Source: Armatimonadota bacterium (lineage in GTDB: Bacteria > Armatimonadota > HRBIN16). From it: a stretch of 64,000 bases of DNA. A program made the translations under genes and the position numbers. The notes under the pieces were generated by a model. That model had not been told where the DNA came from. It did not search any database and worked only from the letters and a program-made list of their open reading frames with translations. Each line of letters begins with the position of its first letter. Position 1 is the stretch's first letter. This document shows, in pieces, positions 31,661-42,027 of the stretch. The DNA lies in NCBI GenBank assembly GCA_963677485.1, contig OY781964.1:1312001-1376000 (forward strand). Direction: 5' to 3'.

Positions 31661-34600
31661 TTATTTCCCCCAGATGCCCTCGATTTTACCCGTTTTCGGC
31701 AGGGCGAACCATATGGTGGTCCCCTCCTCTACCTCACTGTCGATGCCCACACGTCCGCCATGGGCGTGAATCACGCGGCGCACCAGAGCCAGGCCGACGC
31801 CAGTGCGATCTAGCTGGTCGCTAACTTGAGCTCTGCGGAAACCTTGAAACACTTGCTTATGATATTTCGGGTCAATACCGGGGCCATTATCAATCACTTT
31901 CACAATACAGTCAACATCAGTTTCGCTGCCCTCAATCCGAATCTTGCCATCAACCTTATCCATAAAGGTGATACTATTGATCAGTATATTGGTCAGGGCA
32001 TTCACCATCTGCGTCTTCTTAATAGGAACTACCGCCCATTGCCCTAGAACCTGCACATCTATGTCGTCAGGTTTACTGATCGTGCTTAACACTTCGTGAA
32101 CCAGCTCCTCCATGTTTACCATAGTGGTCTCTTCAAATGAGGTATGCACTTTTGCCAACTGTTGATAGGCATCTAGTATTTTGTATAGCCGCTGAGACCG
32201 TTCACGCAGGGTCTCAAGCATTCCCTGTGATTCCTCAGTCAGGATGTCCTTATTGTCAGCATAGACCATTTGAACCAATGAGCCTATCGCGCGTACCGGC
32301 CCTTTCAGCTCATGGGACGTGATGTGTACAAAATCCATCAGGTCTTCGTTAAGGGCGGTCAACTGGCTAAGCAACTGCGTGTTGTGCCGTTGCGACTGAG
32401 CCCGCTCCGTCACATCACGCGCCACGCCTCGATATCCAGTAAATACACCGTCTGATCCGAACACAGGAACACCTGTCAGTTCAATGATGCGTTCACTGCC
32501 ATCCTTGTGCCTAAGGCTGTTATGAAGCTGCCGGATTGGATTAGGCGTTTTCACCATGGCGTCGATGATCGGACGCATACGCTCCACTTCTCCTGGCAAC
32601 ATCAGGTCAAGGATACTTTTTCCAATCAGTTCAGCCGGTTGATATCCCATCACGTGGTCAACTCGGTCACTGATGTATATAAAGTCCATATGCCTGTCGG
32701 ATTCCCACACCCAGTCGGACAGACTATTGACTATCTGCAACAGCCTCTGTTCACTGACGGAAAGCTCCTTTTCCATCAACTTAATGCCCGTAATGTCTGT
32801 CATCAAGCCCACGATACCGATCAGCAACCCAGCATCACTGTAGAAGGCAGCCTTATGAAGCACTATATCGCGTAACTCACCATCGTGCCGCCTGAGCCTT
32901 GTTTGGATTTCCATTGACTCGATACGGCTCTCGAACGAATCTTCGCCACGCAGCAGTTCCGATGAGGCATCCGGCCCCCAGATTTCGCTCACACTGCGTC
33001 CAATAATATCGATCTCTTTGGCGCCCACATAATCCTCAAACGCTCTATTCGCACTTAAGTAATAACCCGAACTGTCGCGGGTAAACACGGGGTTAGGTAT
33101 GGCGTCCATCACCGCCCGTAACTGCCGGTAGTTCTCTCTGCGGCTCTTCAAAGTCGCTTCCAGTTCCGTATTTACTCTTGTCAGAGTTTGCCTGGTCTCA
33201 AGAATCTCAGTCAGGTCTTGCGTCAGCCCTATGATACCTACCACACGGTTTTGCTCGTCCAATATCGGCACTTTAGTAGATACAAAATGTCGATGTCGTG
33301 GATCATTAGGCAGCAACTGCCCATAAAATTGGTGAGTGCTGGTCTTACCAGTTCTGATGACCTGCATGTCATCGGCTTCCACCTCCTCGCCCATCTTTTT
33401 GACGACGAGGTCGGTATCACGCTTGCCGATGATCTGATCCCGTGAGCGCGAATATAACTGGCACAGGTTGTTGTTAACAATGACGTACCGACCTTGCTCA
33501 TCCTTCATAAAAGCCAGAGACGGAAGGTTGTTAACTAAATTTTCTAACTGCTGCTGACGGTGCTGCGTAGCCTTGGTAGCCTCAAGTATCTGTTGTTCTT
33601 TCAACTCAATGGTATAGATGCCAGCTATCAAGAACACCAATAAGCCATTGACACTAAACAGCAGCCAAAGGTTGCGCAGTTGCCCTTGCTTCACCGCGTT
33701 GCGCCATGTATCCGCCGCAACATCAATGCAGAGCATGGCGACCATCTTTTGGCTGTCCTCTAGTTTAATCGGTGCTGCGGCGGTTACCCATGATCCCCAC
33801 CTATCGGTATATGGCCCTACAGTGGCATGATCACCATTGGCATATGCTCTGACTATTTGGGGAGGAACTTCGTCATACTTAGTGCCAGGCTCCAGGAAGT
33901 CCGAGGAATTCTGTGGCGCACTGTCTGCCAAAAACCGCATCGTCCCATCGACAGACCGTAATAGATAGCTGTACCTTGTCGAGGGTGTGCGTGTCTCGAT
34001 CCGTTCCACTATCGAGTGATACCTCTGCCAGTTGGGGTCATTAACTTCACTCGCCGCAGCCTTTAGCTCCGAGATATCCTTGGCATCAATGGCTAATGAG
34101 GTCATTGATACCTTTGACAGCAATGTCTGCCGGTAGTCTGCATCAGCTTTCTGGCCTGAACGTTGTATGATGTATGGTGCCAGACCGACGACAATCGCAA
34201 TCAACGCAATAAGAAACTGAGCAACACGAGGATACTTAACGGTATAGCCTGCCAAGCTTGGTATCATCACGGCACGGATGGTGTAAGACAGACTTGTAGT
34301 CATTAAAAGGCACCCGATCACTTGTGCGACTGATCCCACATCGGCCAGGTGTGACAGATACGGTGCCATCTCAGCTCCATGGCTAGGCTGGTGCCCCAGA
34401 TAGTAACCAAGTCCGGTGATGATAAACGGTAGACTAACGTACAGACGCGTGCGTCTGTTACCCAGGTTCTGCTCTTTTAGGCTCACATACAATGATTGCG
34501 CGACCCATATATATGTGATACACGCCAGAGAGTTTGTCACACTCCGACTGATCAGAGCAAGTATCACAAGGCCGCCTGCATATCGCACGATAGCCCCAAT

Positions 34601-34897
34601 ATCCACGCGCCTTAGCTTGGCAATCTCAAGACACTGCATCCCGAGCAGTCCTAATGCCACTACACTGATGGCGAGTGTAAGACTGCTAACCGCACCATAC
34701 GCAGACTGTCCTCCTGAGCTCAGATAGCTCGCAAGGGAGTAAATAACTTCGGATGCGGCATATATACCAAGAGTCAGCCATGGAATGGCGCGCAGCCGCG
34801 ACCGTATGCCTGCAAAAGATATGGCAATAATGCCTGTATATAGGAAAGCACAGATGAGATGACTGGCTTCATATGTTGATAGGTGAAAAGTGTCCAT
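31661..34897 (-). CDS. Membrane sensor histidine kinase with three PAS domains
   Basis: Multi-TM N-terminus, periplasmic Cache-like GPYTDRWG, three PAS/PAC, SHELKGP, DNGPGI, GVGLA. Confidence 0.92.
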   Translation of the reverse strand: MDTFHLSTYEASHLICAFLYTGIIAISFAGIRSRLRAIPWLTLGIYAASEVIYSLASYLSSGGQSAYGAVSSLTLAISVVALGLLGMQCLEIAKLRRVDIGAIVRYAGGLVILALISRSVTNSLACITYIWVAQSLYVSLKEQNLGNRRTRLYVSLPFIITGLGYYLGHQPSHGAEMAPYLSHLADVGSVAQVIGCLLMTTSLSYTIRAVMIPSLAGYTVKYPRVAQFLIALIAIVVGLAPYIIQRSGQKADADYRQTLLSKVSMTSLAIDAKDISELKAAASEVNDPNWQRYHSIVERIETRTPSTRYSYLLRSVDGTMRFLADSAPQNSSDFLEPGTKYDEVPPQIVRAYANGDHATVGPYTDRWGSWVTAAAPIKLEDSQKMVAMLCIDVAADTWRNAVKQGQLRNLWLLFSVNGLLVFLIAGIYTIELKEQQILEATKATQHRQQQLENLVNNLPSLAFMKDEQGRYVIVNNNLCQLYSRSRDQIIGKRDTDLVVKKMGEEVEADDMQVIRTGKTSTHQFYGQLLPNDPRHRHFVSTKVPILDEQNRVVGIIGLTQDLTEILETRQTLTRVNTELEATLKSRRENYRQLRAVMDAIPNPVFTRDSSGYYLSANRAFEDYVGAKEIDIIGRSVSEIWGPDASSELLRGEDSFESRIESMEIQTRLRRHDGELRDIVLHKAAFYSDAGLLIGIVGLMTDITGIKLMEKELSVSEQRLLQIVNSLSDWVWESDRHMDFIYISDRVDHVMGYQPAELIGKSILDLMLPGEVERMRPIIDAMVKTPNPIRQLHNSLRHKDGSERIIELTGVPVFGSDGVFTGYRGVARDVTERAQSQRHNTQLLSQLTALNEDLMDFVHITSHELKGPVRAIGSLVQMVYADNKDILTEESQGMLETLRERSQRLYKILDAYQQLAKVHTSFEETTMVNMEELVHEVLSTISKPDDIDVQVLGQWAVVPIKKTQMVNALTNILINSITFMDKVDGKIRIEGSETDVDCIVKVIDNGPGIDPKYHKQVFQGFRRAQVSDQLDRTGVGLALVRRVIHAHGGRVGIDSEVEEGTTIWFALPKTGKIEGIWGK

Positions 34898-35084
34898 AGT
34901 GTGTGTGGTTCCATCGAACCAGCAGTTGACTAACCTCTCAATTAATAACCCTACTCGAGATCATTGTTGCATTTTATGGTGCAAATCTGATCATAACTAC
35001 ACGAATCCCATGCATCAATCGGCATAATAACGTAGACAATATTCAGACCGCGACCCAATATGATGTGTCCCCACCCATTCGGGT

Positions 35085-38000
35085 TTATGCACTAGGTTTG
35101 GGGTCTGTCGGCATTATGAACCAGATCATAGTGCCCTGGTTTACATGCGCCTGGATACCAATCTGTCCCCCGTGCAGATCGACCACTCTACGGGCGAATG
35201 ATAGCCCCAGTCCGGCCCCAAGGTTCTCGGTGTTACCCACATCAATTTGCTGAAAGGCCTCAAACGCAATTTCGTGGTAGCGAGGGTCGATTCCTGGCCC
35301 GTTGTCTATCACCGCGAAGTAAAGGCCTCCCGATACTTTACGCCAGTCAAGACAGATCAAACCATCCGCACGGTCCATGAAGTTTATGCTGTTCGCAATA
35401 AGCTGTTTGAACAAGTTCAATGTCAAATTACGTCGGCATTTTAACACCGGCATATCTGGGCTGATGTCGATCGTCACCCAGCGAGGCGGGTTCAGTTCGT
35501 GGATCACCTCTTGCAGAGCTAAAGCCAGATTGACCTCGGTTATCGGCTCATCTGCGGAGTATATCTCAGCCATCAGGCTATAAACATCCATCGTTTGGAA
35601 CAGCTTTTTCGTGCGGCCTTCCATGTTTCTGACAATCTCACGGCCCTCTCCGTCAAGCTGATTGTATTTATCCATTTTCAACATTTGCGCCAGTGTGCTG
35701 ATTGCCCGCAGGGGCTGCTTCAATTCGTGTGAGATAAGGTGAACGACCTCAGTTAGTCCTGAGTTCAGCTTATTCGACATCTCAAGCAAGCGTTGTTGTT
35801 CGTGCTGTGCCTTCAACCGTTCGCTGATATCACGGGCAACACCGCGGAAGCCATCCCATTCGCCAGTGATCGTATAGAGGGGCACAGCAGATAGCTCTAG
35901 ATAGACGATCCTGCCGTCAGCATGACGGAACTGCACCTCACGTTGCTTCACCACTTCATCAACACTGAATAGTTGCCGTATCTCATCTGACTGATCCGCC
36001 GCCAGGTTGTGCAGAGGGGTCTTCATCACGACATCGGGATCATACCCCAGCACCGGTGTGATTCGATCACTGATGAATGTGACGACCATCTCCCGGTCGG
36101 TTTCCCAAACGAGGTCGGACATAACCCCAACAATCTGGCGAAGCCGTTGTTCGCTGACTTCCAGCGAGTGCTCCACCCTCAGCAGGTGGGTGATATCTAC
36201 CAGGCTAGATACAAAACCTGCCACTTCGTCATACTGATCGATGTATGCCGCGGTATGCATGACCATCTGGTGTGCCACCCCGTCAGGATACCTCACTGTG
36301 CCCTCAGCGGTGACAACCTGCCTGTTAGAGATGACTAATGAGTCATTTCGGTTTAACAGTCCGATACGGTCTGCAATGCCTAACTGCTCAGCGGTTTGGC
36401 CCTGCATCTGGTCCATCTTGAGCCCTGCTAATTCCTCAAATGCCTGGTTGCACATCAGCATGTGACCACTCAAAGACTTATAAAAGATGGGGCTAGGTAT
36501 GGTCCGCATGATGGTGTCAATGCGCTTCAGGTTGCGTTGGCCCTCTTCCAGAGCAGCATTGAGAGCCTGGTTCATCTCAGCGAGCTGGCGTCTGGCAGCA
36601 ATGATCTCGGTGACATCTGTGGCTAACCCTACGATACCGGTTAACCTGCCTATCTCGTCATAGACAGGCATGATGCGGTTAACCAATGACATCGTCTGGT
36701 TATTTACCGTTACGTCGCTGGTAAGCTGTTCGACAGGCTGATCTGCTTTATACTCATTGCCAACATCGCATCGTATCACTTTAGCGAGTTCCGGGCTGAG
36801 TAACTCATGACCATACCGACCGACGATTTCGGTAGATGGACGTGCCAGCAAATTAGCCATCGCCGGGTTCACAACCATAAATCGGCTTTCAGCATCCATC
36901 ATATAAGCATATCCTGGCAGGTTGTTCACCAGGCTCTCCAGCATCAGCCTGCTCTTGTTTTCCGCTATGTCTGCTAAATGCTGTACCAGGTTGGCATGCA
37001 TGACACCCACTAGAAGAATAAAGAGAAGCAGTTCGATCAGCCCGAACACCATCATCACAGCGCGTCTCGCTAACATGATGGTATTGGTCCACAGTGTAGC
37101 CGGCACGTCAAACAACAAAGCACCCACGAAAAATCTGGTTCCGGGTTTGTAGATCGGCACGATACCGGTCACCCAACTGCCTAGATCATTTTTGTATGGT
37201 TCCGTGACAGTTTGACGCTGCATCACCAATGCACGCAGGATGACTTGAGGTACTACCCATTGCCCATTCGACAACTCAGCTTTGTCAGCCATGGCATTTG
37301 AACTAGTACCCACAAGGTAGGGCTTATCTGACTTCAAAACCATGATATATGCGGAGCTCGGGAATTCACCGACACTCACAATCTCGGCAAGAGGTCGGCT
37401 GAAGGCTTGCCCTTCGATTGACATGAATGCGACCGGCATATCGGCGTATTCGACGAGTTGTTTTGTGTTGACGTTCAGGCTGCTGATGCGCAACATGCGC
37501 AACAGCTCCTGACGGATCATGTGCTCCGCAGTAGAGCCTACCGATTGCACCGTGATGCAGGCCGCTACTGGTATGAGCACAATAGCCACTTTGATGACGG
37601 TGCTGTAAGCACTGCAGCAGATCGGTTGGCCATAGGCCTTCACTACGCCTATCTTGGTAATATACGCATTCCCACCCAGCAGCAGCAGAATAGAACCGTA
37701 CGCGATGGTTAATATGGAGGGCATCTGGGTGACGTTCAGCAAGATGCTTGCGTGCGAGCCGTCAATTTGGGTCATTTGAGCACCCAGACCATATCCGATA
37801 GCCACAATGCCTGCTGCGATCAGTAGGGCATAGAATCTAGATCGCATATCGTGCCCAGACAGCAACATCCACCAGGCTACAGCAAAACCGATAAAGGAAC
37901 CCCACAGCAGACCATTCAAATACCCCATCGTGCCGATACTGACAATGATACCAACCACTACACTCACTGAGGTAATGGAGATACGGATTAGCTTGTTGTA

Positions 38001-38282
38001 TGATTTCTGGAGCATGACTTGCTGGGCGTATATGAGCAGAACGGTAATCAATGGACCTGCAACATAGTGGTATTCTGAAAGCGTGGCAGTGGAATCACTG
38101 AGGGTTACGATATGAACAATGTCACGCAAAGCCATCAACAGCCAAACACCGGCTAGGGGCATGGCCGGTATCTCGGTCAATTTTAAGCGTGACGAAATGA
38201 TAGCCATAGCGCAGACACCAAAGCTCATCAAAGCCGTGATGAAGAGCGCGATGTCAGCCGCCGAGACGGAAATATTAGTCAT
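35085..38282 (-). CDS. Membrane sensor histidine kinase with three PAS domains (paralog of the neighbour)
   Basis: Same architecture; SHELKQP, DNGPGIDP, GLGLS. Confidence 0.92.
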   Translation of the reverse strand: MTNISVSAADIALFITALMSFGVCAMAIISSRLKLTEIPAMPLAGVWLLMALRDIVHIVTLSDSTATLSEYHYVAGPLITVLLIYAQQVMLQKSYNKLIRISITSVSVVVGIIVSIGTMGYLNGLLWGSFIGFAVAWWMLLSGHDMRSRFYALLIAAGIVAIGYGLGAQMTQIDGSHASILLNVTQMPSILTIAYGSILLLLGGNAYITKIGVVKAYGQPICCSAYSTVIKVAIVLIPVAACITVQSVGSTAEHMIRQELLRMLRISSLNVNTKQLVEYADMPVAFMSIEGQAFSRPLAEIVSVGEFPSSAYIMVLKSDKPYLVGTSSNAMADKAELSNGQWVVPQVILRALVMQRQTVTEPYKNDLGSWVTGIVPIYKPGTRFFVGALLFDVPATLWTNTIMLARRAVMMVFGLIELLLFILLVGVMHANLVQHLADIAENKSRLMLESLVNNLPGYAYMMDAESRFMVVNPAMANLLARPSTEIVGRYGHELLSPELAKVIRCDVGNEYKADQPVEQLTSDVTVNNQTMSLVNRIMPVYDEIGRLTGIVGLATDVTEIIAARRQLAEMNQALNAALEEGQRNLKRIDTIMRTIPSPIFYKSLSGHMLMCNQAFEELAGLKMDQMQGQTAEQLGIADRIGLLNRNDSLVISNRQVVTAEGTVRYPDGVAHQMVMHTAAYIDQYDEVAGFVSSLVDITHLLRVEHSLEVSEQRLRQIVGVMSDLVWETDREMVVTFISDRITPVLGYDPDVVMKTPLHNLAADQSDEIRQLFSVDEVVKQREVQFRHADGRIVYLELSAVPLYTITGEWDGFRGVARDISERLKAQHEQQRLLEMSNKLNSGLTEVVHLISHELKQPLRAISTLAQMLKMDKYNQLDGEGREIVRNMEGRTKKLFQTMDVYSLMAEIYSADEPITEVNLALALQEVIHELNPPRWVTIDISPDMPVLKCRRNLTLNLFKQLIANSINFMDRADGLICLDWRKVSGGLYFAVIDNGPGIDPRYHEIAFEAFQQIDVGNTENLGAGLGLSFARRVVDLHGGQIGIQAHVNQGTMIWFIMPTDPKPSA

Positions 38283-38387
38283 GAAGCCTCACGAAGGCGT
38301 CCCGGCCAAAAAGTTGGAATATCATAAGTTATTTTACCTGTTTTCGGTAGTTAATAATAGTTAAGAACGGGCGACCTACCTGTGACG

Positions 38388-38512
38388 AGCACCTGCCCGT
38401 GCTGACACGGCAGCCCTGGCTGTAACTGGTCGTAGGGGCCACCCTTGTGGTGGCAGTAATCGTTATTCTTTCGATGGTTCTGGTTCCGGGCGCCTACAAG
38501 GGACGTCCCTAC
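38388..38512. repeat. REP doublet plus a 38-bp module shared with 46921-46958
   Basis: GTAGGGGCCAC..GTGGC (38432-38454) and GGGCG..CGTCCCTAC (38488-38512); 33/38 inverted match to 46921-46958. Confidence 0.7.
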
Positions 38513-38606
38513 GACCAGTGATGTACAAGCAGCCCCTGCGGCGTTGAAACATGACGGCGTCACTAACATGTGTCCTGGGGGCAGAGCAGTACGGGGTGGG
38601 TGCATG

Positions 38607-38740
38607 AAAAACCCTCCGAGGTGAGGCGGAGGGTGTTAGGTTCAAATATTAGTGGCACCCGTGGGCTAACGGATACCGGTATTAATAGAGTCCGACAGGG
38701 CTCAGTGAACTACTGAACGGAGGAAACTGTCCTACTCCAT
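38607..38740 (-). ncRNA. Candidate small RNA with its own terminator
   Basis: CATAAT -10-like box (38745-38750, minus), two structured domains, then ACCCTCCG/CGGAGGGT stem with a U-tract; no credible ORF. Confidence 0.4.
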
Positions 38741-38811
38741 CTATATTATGCCCCGGTTTCTGCCTGATAACCATCGATTTAACCGATATAAACCAAATAA
38801 TCGAATGCAAT

Positions 38812-38845
38812 CCTGCAACTGATCTCAGTAGCAACCAGTTGCAGG
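38812..38845 (-). terminator. Hairpin after flxA
   Basis: CCTGCAACTG / CAGTTGCAGG 10-bp stem about 15 nt past the stop; weak U-tract. Confidence 0.5.
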
Positions 38846-38860
38846 CATTTAATATATGGT

Positions 38861-39745
38861 TTATTCCAAGGCGGCCGGTCCGATAGCAGCCAGTTGGGCC
38901 GCACTGAACACAGGCCCGTCGGTGCAGACATAATATGGGCCGATATTGCACCGCCCGCACTTGCCCACGCCGCATTTCATCTTCATCTCCAACGTCGTGT
39001 AGATCTGATCAGGTGTGAAACCAAGATCAGTCAGCGCTTCCATCACGAACTTGATCATGATGGGAGGCCCACAGGTGATGGCAATCGCGTTTTCCGGCGA
39101 TGGGGCCAGCTCCCGAAGGTAGGTCGGCACGAACGCGACATGGCCGCTCCAGTTGGGGTCCTCGCGGTCGATGGTCAGGTGCAAATGGGTATCTGGCATC
39201 GAGCCCCACCGCTCGAACTCATACTGATAGCAAAGATCGTCTGCACTTCGAGCACCATAGAGCGTATCAATCCGAGCATAGTCCGCGCGGTTGTCAAGGC
39301 AGTAGTTCAGTAAAGACCGCACCGGAGCCATGCCGATCCCGCCGCCGATGATCCAAAGGTTCTTGCCCTTCCATTGGTCGGTGGGGAACCAGTTCCCCAT
39401 CGGTGCGCGCACACCGACCACATCACCAGGTTCCAGTTCATGGATCGCCTCAGTGACGATCCCCACCCGCTTCACGCTGAATTCAAAGGAGCCCTTCTGA
39501 CTGGGGCTGCTGGTCAGGCAAAAAGTAGCTTCACCCGCGCCAAACACAGAAACCTGCTGAAACTGACCAGGGAGAAATTCGAATGCTTCTGCCAGCTTCT
39601 CGTCCTGGAACACCGCTTTGAAGGTTTTGGTATCTGAGGTCTCCGAAATGACCTTCTTGACGACGGCCAGATTCGGCAGGTATTGTTCCGTCGAAAAACA
39701 TTCATGCTGCCCTTCGCCGGCGTCGGTATGACATTGGCAACTCAT
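38861..39745 (-). CDS. flxA: FlxA-like FAD/NAD(P)-binding [2Fe-2S] oxidoreductase (AsrB/HydG family)
   Basis: PGQF, GGGIG.AP, CGPPIM, MKCGVGKCGRC, VC.DGPVF. Confidence 0.85.
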   Translation of the reverse strand: MSCQCHTDAGEGQHECFSTEQYLPNLAVVKKVISETSDTKTFKAVFQDEKLAEAFEFLPGQFQQVSVFGAGEATFCLTSSPSQKGSFEFSVKRVGIVTEAIHELEPGDVVGVRAPMGNWFPTDQWKGKNLWIIGGGIGMAPVRSLLNYCLDNRADYARIDTLYGARSADDLCYQYEFERWGSMPDTHLHLTIDREDPNWSGHVAFVPTYLRELAPSPENAIAITCGPPIMIKFVMEALTDLGFTPDQIYTTLEMKMKCGVGKCGRCNIGPYYVCTDGPVFSAAQLAAIGPAALE

Positions 39746-40797
39746 AACTCAACCTCCTGGATCTGATGCAAAATCTGTCTCATATCGATATTGACAGGAC
39801 AGAGCGACACGCAGCGTCCGCACCCGACACAACCCAGCATGTGGTAGCGTTCAATGCTGTAGTCAAACTTATGAAACACGCGCTGCCGTGTTCGGCTGGT
39901 GCGGCTGGGGCGTGGGTTATGCCCTTGGCCCATCAGAGTGAACTTCTCAAACTGGCAGGTGTCCCAGGCCCGATGCCGGCTGCCGTGGTTGCCCTTTACC
40001 TCATCCACCATGTCAAAACAGTGGCAGGTAGGGCAGTTGAAGCTGCAAATGCCACAGCCCAGGCAGCGTTCGGCAAACTCGCTAAACAGCTTTTCGTCCC
40101 ACTCCTTGCGCCAATTAGGGTCGCGATGCACAGGTTCTCCGGTCCCCTCACGCGCTTTGGCGATCATCTGTTGCAGTTGAGCCAACTGAGCTTCGGTAGC
40201 TTCTGGGTAGTCGCCGCCATTCAACAGCAGCTCCCCCGCCGGAGTATAAGCCTCCGCCAGATAGCTCTCGCCCAAATCTGCGAGACGAAGGTCCAGCCCA
40301 GAGACCGCATCAGGCCCTTCGCCCACCAAACTGCAGAAGCAGCTCCACTCGGGCTGATGGCAGAAGAGGCCCACCAGCACTGTGTTCTCGCGGCGCGCGA
40401 AGTAAGGACCGTCTTTGGGAGGCACGAAACTATAGACTGTGTCCATGTAATTCAAAGCCGCCGCATCGCAGGCTCGAACGCCCAGTATGATGCGGGCGGG
40501 TGACTTCACTACCGTCGCCTTGAGGGTAAGCTTGCCATCAAGGCCTTTGTCAAATGCAAACAGCTGCTCGCTGTGCGGAGTAAACCACTCTCGAAGGTTG
40601 GAACCAGGCCCATTAAAGCTGAGGTCCACTTGCGACAGCTCTTTCACCTGCGTATATTTGATGTGCTCGTCGGTTTTGACAGGCGCAATCAGTTGCCTGT
40701 CTTTGGAAATGTCTGCAAGCCATTTGGCCAGTTGCGTTTTGAGTATAATCCTGGGTTGCACGTCTTTGTCCTCTTTTGCCACTAATGCTCTGGGCAT
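39742..40797 (-). CDS. flxB: FlxB-like 4Fe-4S protein (AsrA/HydB family)
   Basis: GVRACD, CLGCGICSFNCPTCHCF, CVGCGRCVSLCP. Confidence 0.85.
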   Translation of the reverse strand: MPRALVAKEDKDVQPRIILKTQLAKWLADISKDRQLIAPVKTDEHIKYTQVKELSQVDLSFNGPGSNLREWFTPHSEQLFAFDKGLDGKLTLKATVVKSPARIILGVRACDAAALNYMDTVYSFVPPKDGPYFARRENTVLVGLFCHQPEWSCFCSLVGEGPDAVSGLDLRLADLGESYLAEAYTPAGELLLNGGDYPEATEAQLAQLQQMIAKAREGTGEPVHRDPNWRKEWDEKLFSEFAERCLGCGICSFNCPTCHCFDMVDEVKGNHGSRHRAWDTCQFEKFTLMGQGHNPRPSRTSRTRQRVFHKFDYSIERYHMLGCVGCGRCVSLCPVNIDMRQILHQIQEVEL

Positions 40798-41573
40798 GGA
40801 TCGGGGTCATTTTCGCGATATTGACCAAGCAGCGGCTTATCCGCAGGCTGATCCCCCGCGCTGCGCCCAAACATCTCCGTTGTATCCTGGCTGACCTTCT
40901 GGGACAGCAGCCCTAGCGGGATACCCACAGGGCAGGCTCGCTCGCATTCACCGCAGCCAATGCAACGGCCGGCGAGGTGCATCATACGGCCCACATGGAA
41001 AAACCAGTTGCTCTTCGCATCTACCTGCTTGTTCACCCATAACTGATCGTTTTTGTCCACAAAGCACTCAGGACAGTAGCAGCTCGGGCAAACCGAACGG
41101 CAACCGTAACAGCGTATGCAGTGTGAGAACTGCTCAGCCCAGAACGCCCTGCGCTCCGCCGGGTTTAGGGCCTCGTAGCTCTCAGTGAGTGGGTGCAGAA
41201 CCCGTTTCATTTCGAGCAGGTTTTCGTCAGAAGGCATTTCCTCGGTCACCGACTGACCGCTGGCGAATATCACCCTGAGACGCTCACCCGATATCTGGTT
41301 CTCCCGCTGCAGCTCCACCACGCTTTTCACGTCGTTCGGGGTCAGCACAACCGCCACACGCTCCGCTTTGAGAGCATTGGGCAGATAGACGGCCAGATTG
41401 TTCACGCAGCTCTCATCCCAGATGAGGCATGAGGCCTTCTCTGCATCGCGAAGGAACACCGGCGCACTTTTATGTGGAGCCGTGCCCCGCTGATATCCGA
41501 TCACCACATCCACGAGCCCATCTTTTAGGAGCCGCGCGGCGGTCTGTTGAATGGTCTGCTGCACTTCACTCAC
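40782..41573 (-). CDS. flxC: FlxC-like 4Fe-4S protein
   Basis: CIRCYGCRSVCPSCYC, HLAGRCIGCGECERACP. Confidence 0.83.
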   Translation of the reverse strand: MSEVQQTIQQTAARLLKDGLVDVVIGYQRGTAPHKSAPVFLRDAEKASCLIWDESCVNNLAVYLPNALKAERVAVVLTPNDVKSVVELQRENQISGERLRVIFASGQSVTEEMPSDENLLEMKRVLHPLTESYEALNPAERRAFWAEQFSHCIRCYGCRSVCPSCYCPECFVDKNDQLWVNKQVDAKSNWFFHVGRMMHLAGRCIGCGECERACPVGIPLGLLSQKVSQDTTEMFGRSAGDQPADKPLLGQYRENDPDPCPEH

Positions 41574-42027
41574 CGCAGTCTACCCCCTTGAACGGGCCCA
41601 GTTCGGTCACGGTGTCCGTGAAAGACTGCATGACGTCTGCGAATTTCTGACCCTCTGCCGCCGATATCCAGTCGAATTTATACCGGCCCTCTTCAATGCC
41701 CATGTAGCCCAGCACGCGCTGAAGCAGCATCAAACGTCGACGGGCGTAGAAATTCCCCTTGGAGTAATGGCAGTCACCTGGGTGACATCCCGCCACCAGC
41801 ACACCGTCCACACCCTTCTCAAACGCCTTCAGAACCATCTGGGGGTTCACTCGGCCGCTGCAGGGCACACGGATCACCCGTACCTCGGCTGGATAGCTCA
41901 TGCGGCTGCTGCCAGCCAGGTCAGCACCAGCATAACTGCACCAGTTGCACAGGAAAGCGACCAAACGAGGCTTCCACTCCGTGGGTGCATGATGCTCCAT
42001 CGCACTTTTCGTTACTGTCTCGCTCAT
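41566..42027 (-). CDS. flxD: MvhD/FlxD [2Fe-2S] protein
   Basis: FLCNWCSYAGAD, RVPCSGR, GCHPGDCHY..GN, WISAAEG. Confidence 0.92.
   Translation of the reverse strand: MSETVTKSAMEHHAPTEWKPRLVAFLCNWCSYAGADLAGSSRMSYPAEVRVIRVPCSGRVNPQMVLKAFEKGVDGVLVAGCHPGDCHYSKGNFYARRRLMLLQRVLGYMGIEEGRYKFDWISAAEGQKFADVMQSFTDTVTELGPFKGVDCGE

Noticed and set aside
34967-34984. NtrC-like palindrome TTGCATTTTATGGTGCAA upstream of a kinase gene
   Set aside because: Spacing is one base short of the NtrC box, it is a single site, and no sigma-54 promoter was identified.
38645-38665. T-box-like AATATTAGTGGCACC
   Set aside because: No stem I, and no downstream gene on that strand.
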